Notes under the pieces: generated by a model | What the model saw: the letters and a program-made list of their open reading frames with translations, nothing else | Database searches by the model: none | What the model was told of the DNA's origin: nothing | Virus record (IMG/VR): IMGVR_UViG_3300035698_031273 | Span: 32,001-96,000 of that record | Reading direction: 5' to 3' (one strand) | Length of the DNA: 64,000 nucleotides | Source: a virus | Shown here: positions 40,701 to 49,600 of the stretch, in pieces | Layout of the letters: the number at the start of each line of letters is the position of its first letter | Position numbering within the stretch: position 1 is the stretch's first letter | Position numbers and translations under genes: made by a program

Positions 40701-43485
40701 TTATTTATTTTCTAGTGTCAATTCTCCTGATAATAGTTTTGGAACTTGTATAACTTTTTATGATATTATTGGGGTTCAAGACAGTGATAGTGAATTGTTG
40801 GCTGCTACTAGCAATGGGATATTATACAGTGATAATTTAGGAGTAGAATGGTCAAGAAAATTTACTATTAATATTCCTATTTTTAAATTATTTTATTCTG
40901 TTTCTCTTGGTATTTATTTTGCTTTAACGAATTATTCAGTATATTATTTAAAAGAAGATTCTTTTTCTGAATGGGAAGAAATGGGAGGAACGCAAGCGGC
41001 AAAAGTTATAAGAGATATTACAGAAGATAATGGTGGTAATCTTTATATAACTACGGATTTGGGAGTTTACAAATTAAAAAGACAATATGCTTTTAGAGAA
41101 TTTGAATGGGAACAACTACCTATATTAGGTCCTCGTAGTACTGATGCATATGGTATTTTATATGATTCTAGACTTGATCGTTTGCTTGTTAGTAATGAGA
41201 TTGGAGTTCTTGAATCTTATAATGGAGGTCAATCATGGAACTTCACTTCGGAATTTTCTGAACAAACAAAAATACGTTCTTTTGCTCAAAATAATGATTT
41301 TATTTTTGCTCTTACAGATGATGAAATTTGGAGAGAAGCTCCAGATGAAAATTTCGTAAAGGTTTCAGATTTATTTTCTAATAGATGTCTTAAAATTGAT
41401 ATTTATGATGGTATTATTTATGTTGCTTCTGATATAGGACTTATTTCTTCTAGAGATTATGCAAATATATATACAGATGTTTCTTTGGATATTTCTCTAG
41501 CTTTTCCAGAAATGGATCGTAATGGTTTCTCTCCCCCAGTATATGCTATTAGACAAATAGATAATATGTTCTTTGTTGGCACAGAAAGAAGACTTTATTT
41601 TTATAATGAAAATAAATTATTATTGCAATATGATGAAGCAAATACTGTTGTTCCTTCTTTTTATATTGATGACGAGATACAAGAAATAGGAGTATACTAT
41701 AATAACTATGATGAAAATTCTGTTTCCTTTGAGGAAAAACAAAATTATTCTTCAAAAATAGTTGTAGCAAATAAATATAACGAGTATAAATGTAAATATA
41801 GTGGATGGGCTCAGCAAAAATTTAATGCCCAAGTTTATATATATGTGAATGGAACGAAACTTGCAGAATCCACAAATATATTGATAGACAAAACACCATT
41901 CTATGATTTTGTTTTTCCAACCTATAATGATTTAAATAGTAATTTAAGTACTGCTCAAACTGCCGAGATATTAGCAACTACAGCTATAAATAATTTGCTA
42001 GATGTTGATATTACTGTGGTGATTAATAATCAAATATCAGATCAAGTTTCTAATGTTTACGATTTGTTAGAAAAATTTCTTTCTCAGTTGTACCCTGGTG
42101 CTCGTTATATTAATGGTGTGTCTATTTCTCTTCCTCAACTTACCTACGAACTATATGATAATACTGGTAGAGTTGATAATGATGGCAAAACGGTTTACGA
42201 ATCATTTACTCCACCTATAACTGTTAATATTACTTCGGGTCAGGTTCAATTAGATAAAAATATGGATAAGTATGATGATATTAGAATGGATATAATAGGA
42301 GTTTCGGTTAAAAATATTGGAGAATTAAGTCATTTAGAATTGGAAGATAATTTTGAATATATAAATTCTGGTTTATCTACTGGTTTGTCTCAAGTAGCCC
42401 ATAGTAACTTAGTAAAAACAGGAATTTTTTGTGAATTAACATGGCCAGATGAGATGGGAAATTACATAACTTTAGAACAAACAAAGTATATTGTTCCAAG
42501 AACGAGGGATTGGTATGATAAGTTGAACTCAACTATTGATTATTCTAAAGAAAAATTTGCTGAGACCATTAATCTTTCTTTACCATATGCTCTAACATCT
42601 ACTTATGTAAGTACTAATAATAAAGTATATGTTGGTGGGCCAGGGGGAATACTTGCTTTTAATTTTGATAGTTTAAATGTTGTGGAATTTTCTATTCCTA
42701 GCGAACCAGATGTCACCATTAAGAATCTTCTTTTTTATGATGGTATATTATATGCACTGACTGAAAGAAATCTTTATAAAAGTATTAATTTGGGAGTTAC
42801 ATGGTCTGGTATAGATCGGACTGGTTTGGGTAATGATCTTTACACAATGGCAATATTAAACAATAATTTTGTTGTGGGATGTGGAGATGGAGTTTATTGT
42901 AAAACAAACAATGAAACAACATGGAGAAATACGGTAAATAGTAATAGTCCCGTAGAAACCATGATTAGTCCTGATAGATTATTTGTTATAGTAGACAATA
43001 GTATATATTATAGTTCTGATACTTTGAATTTTTTTAAAGTTGAGTATACTGTGGATGCTTATTTTTCTGGAGTATCTCCACATCCTAGTTATGCAGTTTC
43101 TTCCGATATTATCATAAGAGGGTTGTCAAAACATAGGGGAGTTGTTTATGTAGCTACTGATGATGGTTTATATACTGATGCTGGCAGTTTTTATGGAAAT
43201 AGGCCAATATTAAGATTAGTGGATTTATGCGATAATTTGCAGGATTCTAGTAAATTATCTGTAAATGCAATTAATGAAGATACTAATAGACTGGTTGTAG
43301 GCTTGTCAGATGGTAGTTATTATATTCTTGAAGATAATCAATTTACTTATTATCCTTATTCTGGATTACAAACTATTCAGGAAATACTTTTGGAAAATGA
43401 AATTATTTGGTTTTTTGGACAGGATATGGCTAAACGAGAATTTGTTGAAACCCCGTTTAAACTTTCTATTGCTGCTCCTGTATAG
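37768..43485 (+). CDS. Giant tail fibre-like protein with about six Fn3 domains and Asp-box propellers (paralog of 14237)
   Basis: 1905 aa. GDGRIDGW N-terminus, Fn3 repeats (LSWNAN...YRVY...YFYRVYAVD), HKH, ATQIVSGKL..VQLP, and SDNLGVEW/SYNGGQSW/SINLGVTW Asp-boxes. Confidence 0.7.
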   Translation: MPILTPHYSLTAFNWGDIYSSAADKSRFTIIDNQLAFLSDRVGDGRIDGWQVTVENYSTREISVSYGFGIIDRFATYTHGVVSTQVPLDRISYLYMRRKNNLLGGFSGYSNRATFSYLDTISPLAPSNLNISSLSSYSLTLSWNANSEADINNYRVYKSSDGITYTFLEDTVKNTYTDSTVDENTIYFYRVYAVDNSGNISDPSAIFISTLADDTVPSNPTYFQVYEGDESLQILWDPAPAGNLKIPGTLMTYEIVLDLLDEAGQSTGDEFSIHSDDAENKLIARDLLNGRSYKVTIYSISKSDVLSTGLSLVRTPRYNQGATEVDSVSVTYRRGIVEDIDIVMMITWVFEPDPSSSDIGPGKIPDKYTVTVIENGAREGEPIYVLGSDATSINLRLLPFKDSSGSIIYEYVKPYTEYTIIVRTVYEEMVSNGNVKRTTSPVYQVPLPVSNLEAVRKNNNDVLFRWNNTTSPYFSHNIVSCTIVYLDDPSQADIIIASGLDIGKATTYIVDSSYFVSSARYEFNIQVFDLFDNESVIKQVMYSTPDAVVLGKPSVPNNQDISLRYGEIKIFWDPMSEEEITGYRIYRAVYNVFLRPSNFVRLSTLSSGQVEYSDYVVDTEIIYAYFVTSIDIFGIESLNPVDDNYMSYPLLIGSAMLNASFSTPTNLTAVESGLSAYLTWDLSNELFDGYQIFRSRGNDYSFEHIGSAGFSETTFLDENALIISGDYYYVVRKFKNEGQLFITESTVIPSSAIILAKITCSTDPLSITGISIIIDQTVANEIKNLQDLIYSETQEQIEAHKHVFDTERDVDKRIDLYSNIVVVNWITPDYRTYTTDTDIQGATTYILKVSGTVNEDYFVDENGNVQTAKIETAKDGYSPINYQVDLDNGDITFEATLYSPVSGVSVPYSTVPFVSLQVIGIVETQNDLPSSRLENLSATQIVSGKLNTVQLPSISHQGRLNEELIPIGISLISVDNFVYLFSSVNSPDNSFGTCITFYDIIGVQDSDSELLAATSNGILYSDNLGVEWSRKFTINIPIFKLFYSVSLGIYFALTNYSVYYLKEDSFSEWEEMGGTQAAKVIRDITEDNGGNLYITTDLGVYKLKRQYAFREFEWEQLPILGPRSTDAYGILYDSRLDRLLVSNEIGVLESYNGGQSWNFTSEFSEQTKIRSFAQNNDFIFALTDDEIWREAPDENFVKVSDLFSNRCLKIDIYDGIIYVASDIGLISSRDYANIYTDVSLDISLAFPEMDRNGFSPPVYAIRQIDNMFFVGTERRLYFYNENKLLLQYDEANTVVPSFYIDDEIQEIGVYYNNYDENSVSFEEKQNYSSKIVVANKYNEYKCKYSGWAQQKFNAQVYIYVNGTKLAESTNILIDKTPFYDFVFPTYNDLNSNLSTAQTAEILATTAINNLLDVDITVVINNQISDQVSNVYDLLEKFLSQLYPGARYINGVSISLPQLTYELYDNTGRVDNDGKTVYESFTPPITVNITSGQVQLDKNMDKYDDIRMDIIGVSVKNIGELSHLELEDNFEYINSGLSTGLSQVAHSNLVKTGIFCELTWPDEMGNYITLEQTKYIVPRTRDWYDKLNSTIDYSKEKFAETINLSLPYALTSTYVSTNNKVYVGGPGGILAFNFDSLNVVEFSIPSEPDVTIKNLLFYDGILYALTERNLYKSINLGVTWSGIDRTGLGNDLYTMAILNNNFVVGCGDGVYCKTNNETTWRNTVNSNSPVETMISPDRLFVIVDNSIYYSSDTLNFFKVEYTVDAYFSGVSPHPSYAVSSDIIIRGLSKHRGVVYVATDDGLYTDAGSFYGNRPILRLVDLCDNLQDSSKLSVNAINEDTNRLVVGLSDGSYYILEDNQFTYYPYSGLQTIQEILLENEIIWFFGQDMAKREFVETPFKLSIAAPV

Positions 43486-43511
43486 AGAATACAAAATTAT
43501 GTTTAAATTTA

Positions 43512-45395
43512 ATGGTGGATGAGTTAATAATGCCTACTGGAGAATATGATAATTGCGAATATGGTTACAGATGTTGGAATCTTATAAATAAATCAGTTGG
43601 TTTTTGGAAGATGGAAGATAATGTAGCAAATACTGATGTTACTGATAGTTTATATGATAATACCGGATTTGCCAGTTGCGATACAAATACTATTAGTGTA
43701 GATGGAAAAATAGGCAGATGTTTCAATTTTGATGGATGGTCGGTATATCTTTCTATGCCTCGGTGGGATTTTATTAATAGTGGATATGACTATTCTGTTT
43801 CTTTGTGGCTAAACGCAGAAATCATAACTGGTGGAACTATATGGCAACTGGCTATGGAAAGTGGGGAATATACAGGATTAAAAATTAGTGCCGCTGGGCA
43901 ACTTATTTATAGTGGTTTAGATTCCGATGGAGCACTTTTGGGGAATTATACTACCATAGTGGCTGATACTTGGTATCATGTTGTTTGTGCATTTGATTCT
44001 AGTTCGGGTGTTTCTTATCTATATGTTAATGGGGTATTATATGATGATTTTCTTCATGCAGTATTGGGAGCTAATACGTCTTATTTGTATGTAGGTATTT
44101 CTATGAGTGCCCCTGGAGTTATTAGCGATTATTTTAATGGGAAAATAGATGAGTTTAGTGTTTTCAATTATACTTTATCACAAGAAGAAGTTCTAGATTT
44201 GTATAATTATGGAAATGGAACAGAGGGACTTTTAGGGGGAGGTAGGTATTATCTTTATAAAGATGAATCTATAACGGTAAACGAAACCAAATCAATAGAA
44301 TTGATTTGTAATGACGACGAAAGTGCATCTGTTATTGTTGGTGATAATATACATTTTGTTGGACAAGATAATGGTAAATTAGTATGGGATATTGGAGGAG
44401 AGAACGAATATACTTTTTATAGTACTACTGCAAAAGAGGGAGAAGAAATACGGAGAAGATCTGGTGATCAAGAATTTGTGGTAAAATGGATTGGAATTGG
44501 TAGTCAATTATTTGATGTGATTTTGTATAATTCTGCTGTCAAACGGGCACAAATATTTGATATTAATAGTTCTTTTATACCAACTAAATCATCTCTTTAT
44601 CTAAGGAGATCTGGTTTAGATGTGGCAAGTTTTTTTACTATTAATGATTTTTCTCCTCTTATTATAGATGCTAGTAATTTTTTAAATTTACAACAAAATG
44701 GTTATAGACTTATGTTGAACGATACGTACACTGACTATACTGGAAATGGATTTATGGAAGTGGTTAGGGGAAACTCAACCAGTAGATATCCAATTGCTGA
44801 ATATCCCATAAGAGCAACTAGTCCAGGATTGTTTTATTTGTATGTTAGAGGTCAAGCATTAATGGCAGAATATAAATTTGATGTTTTAATAGACAATAAT
44901 GTGGTTTCTTCTATTAGTGAAACTTTTGCATTCCCTTCAACTCAATGGAGATGGTTTAGTACTTCTTTTGTTATTCCCGATACTTTAACTCATACCCTTG
45001 GGATTAGGATGAATGCTGATGAAACAACTTTAGATCAGTTATATATATCAGCAATAGATGATCCTACTTTATTTGTTGATGATTATTCTGCTTCTTTATC
45101 AATTAGTCCTTTTGTAACTTTACATGCTAATTTATATAAGGTAGATAATGATTATAACATTTTAGAAAGATTTTTTATATATGATTGCAAAAATACTATT
45201 GAGGATATTCGTGGAGATGGGTGGTATAATTTTGATTTACAATTATTTGGTGATGATGCTCCCGATTTTACTGAAAAAGCAGCAATTGTTTTTTCAACCA
45301 GTGGAGACAATATGACTAATTATATTGTTTGGGAATTTTCTACTACTGAAGATGGTAATCCTTATTATTTATTACCATCGGCTGTAAAGGTGTAA
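43512..45395 (+). CDS. LamG plus CBM-like domain structural protein
   Basis: 627 aa. VGFWKME...GKIG..FNFDG...WYHVV...GKIDEFSVF (LamG); YTGNGFM...FYLYVRG...HTLGIRM...LDQLYI (CBM6/35-like). Confidence 0.7.
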   Translation: MVDELIMPTGEYDNCEYGYRCWNLINKSVGFWKMEDNVANTDVTDSLYDNTGFASCDTNTISVDGKIGRCFNFDGWSVYLSMPRWDFINSGYDYSVSLWLNAEIITGGTIWQLAMESGEYTGLKISAAGQLIYSGLDSDGALLGNYTTIVADTWYHVVCAFDSSSGVSYLYVNGVLYDDFLHAVLGANTSYLYVGISMSAPGVISDYFNGKIDEFSVFNYTLSQEEVLDLYNYGNGTEGLLGGGRYYLYKDESITVNETKSIELICNDDESASVIVGDNIHFVGQDNGKLVWDIGGENEYTFYSTTAKEGEEIRRRSGDQEFVVKWIGIGSQLFDVILYNSAVKRAQIFDINSSFIPTKSSLYLRRSGLDVASFFTINDFSPLIIDASNFLNLQQNGYRLMLNDTYTDYTGNGFMEVVRGNSTSRYPIAEYPIRATSPGLFYLYVRGQALMAEYKFDVLIDNNVVSSISETFAFPSTQWRWFSTSFVIPDTLTHTLGIRMNADETTLDQLYISAIDDPTLFVDDYSASLSISPFVTLHANLYKVDNDYNILERFFIYDCKNTIEDIRGDGWYNFDLQLFGDDAPDFTEKAAIVFSTSGDNMTNYIVWEFSTTEDGNPYYLLPSAVKV

Positions 45396-45397
45396 AA

Positions 45398-46663
45398 ATG
45401 ACTGATATAGGAAGAACAGATATTGTTAAGATTTCTAGTCCTGTATCATCAAATTATCTTCAATTTGGTCAGAGTATTTCGATGTGGGGCAATTATATTG
45501 CTGTTGGTGCTATAATGGATAGAAATGATGCTGGAACAAGAACAGGTGTTGTTTATTTGTATCAAAAAGATGGTACTTATGTTCGTAAAATAGTTCCATC
45601 TGATGGAGTGGTAAATGGCTATTTTGGAATTAGTGTTTGTTTGTATGAGGATTATTTGATTGTTGGATCTCATGGAAAAAACAATAGGGCAGGGGGTGCT
45701 TATTTGTATAAAATAAGTGACACTGGTTTTGAAGATATAGAAACATTTGGTGGTGTTGCAAATTCATATTTTGGATGGAGAGTAAAAATATATGATGGGA
45801 CAATTTTAATTTCAGCACCTTATTCTGAGGATACAGAAGGAAGAGCTTATGTATATACTTATGATACTTTAGGTATGACTTTATCTTATCAAATTGTTGC
45901 CTCAGATGCTAAGTGGGGAGATCGTTTTGGCTATGCAATAGATCTTTTGGGAGACAATATAATAATTACAGCACCATCTCAGGAATATCCAGCACCAGAT
46001 CCATCTGAAGATACTATATGGATAGACCCTTATACTCCTTATGAGGGACCAGATCCTCGAGCATATTTGTATAAAGTTAGTGATAATCTTTATGAAAGAA
46101 TTATTCGTCCATCAGTATTTCGTTATGATAGTAGATTCGGACAATCTTGTTCAACATATGGAGATACAATTGTAGTAGGAGAGCCTAAAGCAAGAAATTA
46201 TGAAGATAGGGAAGTAGGGGCAATAAATTTTTTCAGTATATCAGACTCATCTTATAATAAAAAAATATTTGATGCTGTTAACACTTCTTCTAGTTTTCTT
46301 TCTACGAGTAACTTTGCTTATAGGCTTTCTGTTACTTCTGATTATATCTTTGTTGGGGATACTGAGTATTATAGAGATGGTTCTATTATTGGTTGCGTAG
46401 CTGTTTTTGATTATAATGAAAATTTATTAGGAAGAATAACCACTAGTCAGGTTAGTGATGGTTCTAATTTTTCTTATGGTTTATGTTCTTTTGGTCCTTA
46501 TATAGGGATTACGGCTCCTCTTGATTCTTATTCTGGTTATACAAACATTGGTTCGGCTTTTATCGTTAGAATGGACGGGAGTATTTTTTTCCCTACTGAA
46601 ATAACAACATTGCAAATGATAGACTACTACAAAGGCTTAGGAGGTCAGTCTTCAGATGGATAA
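45398..46663 (+). CDS. Seven-bladed FG-GAP repeat beta-propeller protein
   Basis: Seven FG.S....G..I.VGA-type repeats (FGQS, FGIS, FGWR, FGYA, FGQS, FAYR, FSYG). Confidence 0.85.
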   Translation: MTDIGRTDIVKISSPVSSNYLQFGQSISMWGNYIAVGAIMDRNDAGTRTGVVYLYQKDGTYVRKIVPSDGVVNGYFGISVCLYEDYLIVGSHGKNNRAGGAYLYKISDTGFEDIETFGGVANSYFGWRVKIYDGTILISAPYSEDTEGRAYVYTYDTLGMTLSYQIVASDAKWGDRFGYAIDLLGDNIIITAPSQEYPAPDPSEDTIWIDPYTPYEGPDPRAYLYKVSDNLYERIIRPSVFRYDSRFGQSCSTYGDTIVVGEPKARNYEDREVGAINFFSISDSSYNKKIFDAVNTSSSFLSTSNFAYRLSVTSDYIFVGDTEYYRDGSIIGCVAVFDYNENLLGRITTSQVSDGSNFSYGLCSFGPYIGITAPLDSYSGYTNIGSAFIVRMDGSIFFPTEITTLQMIDYYKGLGGQSSDG

Positions 46664-49600
46664 AAATACTTGGCTTTTAGATTTTGACAGAACACATGCT
46701 TTTACCATTTATTCAGATTTTGATGCATGGGACGAAGATAACATAAGCATAACAATTCCTCCTGAAAGCGAAGATACACTTCATTTAACAAGATTTTCGG
46801 ATCTTCTTGGGCAAGAATTTTATCGTACAAAAATAACAGAGGATGGAGATTCTGAAATTGTAGAGTTGAATTTAGACGAAAGACTTATTACTCTTGTTGT
46901 TGATCAGAGTGGAAGTATGACTTGGAATGATAATTCTTCTTTACGTCATGAATTAGTTAAAGATATGATTAATGTTTTAAGTGCTACTTATCCTGGTAAT
47001 ATTAAATATAATCTGGTAGAATTTGGTGGGACACCAGTACAAATATTTTTCTATGGTATGGTGGTAGACTACAGTATAGAAGATTCAAATATTATTTCTT
47101 TAAATTCTCAAATATTTGGTGACGCTGATAATAATTTTGCTGGAGTTAGGGTGGTTAGAAAAATAGGTTCTTATCCAAATGATCCTCTTGATGGAGATAT
47201 TGTTACAGAAGGGCTTATGACCAAGGCATTAGATGAAAATTTAACTCCTGGAACAAGATATTACTATACATTATTTACTTATGATTCTAATTATGTTTTT
47301 AGTAATGGAATTAGAATTTCTGCTGTTCCAATAACAAGAGAAATACCGAGGGGAATTTCTCTTATAAATTATGATATTTATAAAGGAACAGGAGTTATAA
47401 GAGATGACAATACTGTTGGATTATGGCATTTTGATGAGCAGAAAGGAAGCATGGTATATGATTTTTCTGACTCAAAAATAGATCTTCTTTTGAATGGAAA
47501 TGAAGTTTGGTATCAAGCAGATCAGGTTGCTTCTGGAATTTCTGGTATCAGATTTAATGGAGTTAATACATATCTATATTCTGATGAATTAAATACTGAA
47601 CAGACATTGTCTGATGAAATTACAATTATGGCATTTATATTTCCTTATGAAGTTTATGATCCTTCTCCCGATCCATCTATCGATAATCCATCTGAGGACG
47701 AAATAAGTTATCCAATAGTTGTAAGACAAAATGTTAGTAGAATCAATTATGTTTTTTATATGTCAAATGATAGACTTGGTTTTTCTAATGGTGTAACTAA
47801 TGTAGTTTCTGATGAAGGAGTTCTTAGAGAAAATGAATGGAATCATGTTTCAGTAACATGTAATTTTTTAACAGGATTAACTATATTTTATGTTAATGGG
47901 GTTGATGTGGGACAAGAAGTTTTATCTACTATTGGTACTGCAGCTAATCTAATGGAACTTATGTATACTGATATAGGATACGATAGATATTCTAAAACAA
48001 CAAGTCTTCAATATTTTTGGGGCAGAATATGCGAAGTAAGTATTCATAATACTGTTAGAAATAATGATTATATTTTAAGTTATTCTGATAGCAATTTAGA
48101 TGACAATTATAAGATGATAAAATCTGAGAACGAATTAGATAATGGAGACAGATTAGTTCTTTTGAAGTATGCTATCCCTGAGGATTTTAATTTTTCAGGT
48201 GGTTCTGTAAAAATCATAAAAAGCGAAAAAAATATTCCGTCGTGGGATGGAGATCAAGATAGTACAATTTTATTATCGAGAAATCATAATACATATGGAT
48301 TTTTCTATACCACTGATACAGATGATTTTGCTTTAGGTGAGACATATTATTATAGGATTTATTCTGAGAATGTTTTGGGGAATGTTAGTTATCCTTCTGA
48401 TTCTCCTTCTATTGAGGTGCAAATTCCAGAAATTTCTCAATTAGATTATTTACCATCTATTTCTCTTACAAGTGTTCCGTCTAATTTAATTGTTAGACCT
48501 GGTAATACAAAGGCATATTTGGAATGGAATAATGGAATACAGGATGACGTATCAAGAATAAAAATTTATCATTCTTATAATTCCTATCCTATTGTTGATA
48601 CTAATGGAGAATCAAGTGGAACATTAGTTTACACTGGATTTTCGGGAGATAATGAATATGTTCATAGATATGTTGAAAATGACAGGAGATCTTATTATAC
48701 AGTATATTATTTAGATAAATATAAACGTCCTTCTGAGTTAGATGATGATATTTTATCTATAAGTGGAAGTGTGATGCCGACTCATGATAGCAATGACATT
48801 GGTATTCCATTGATGGAAGTTGAAAATGTTTATTATGAATTGGTTAATAATGATTCAATAAGTATTTCTTGGGAGCATCCTGTAGGGTTTCAAAAAGATA
48901 TAAGCGGATATTTAGATCAGAAAGTATTATTTTATGCTGCTGTTACAAATCAGTATGGAGTACTTATAGAAGATCAAATATCAGTTACGATGGAAATTGT
49001 TCCTAATATCTTGAGGCAAGATCAGGCAGAAGATGTTTTTATTAATAGAAATGCTTCTGATGTCACAGATAAAGATCTTTATCAATTTTCCGTTAGTGAA
49101 GATGAGACATCTGGTTTTGTTAAAGGTACGTTGACGATGACCATGGATTCTTATTTTCTCGGTGTAATTTCTGAAGCCTCTTTTTCAGTAAGGGTTACTT
49201 GTCGTATACCTGATAGTAGTGGCACAGGGGATTTATTTTCTTTTAAATCTGATTTTATAACTGTTAGTCTAGATAATCCATGGGATATAGAATTAATAAA
49301 TAGGGACAATTTGCAGGTAACTGAAAAATGTTATATTGTGGAATCTGGACAATCTAGTAAAGCTTTTGGAGGTCTTCTTTCTGTGGCTGAAAGGCCAGAT
49401 AGGTTGATTAGATCGTTGCAAACTTTTAATGGAATATATATCAGATCGGAAAACCCATTTACAGCACGTGCTATTTTGACTTATAGAGGAGATTCTTTAT
49501 CAAGAGAAATAAGTGTTGACGTAGCGGCCTGGGAATCTGAAATGAATCTTTGTGCTTATGCTTCTTCAGATGTGCAATATGAAGGACAGAGAATAAGACC

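Noticed and set aside
46639-46670. +1 frameshift joining the FG-GAP gene to 46656
   Set aside because: A strong AGGAGG before ATG 46656 explains independent initiation, and GGA TAA is not a shift site I recognise.
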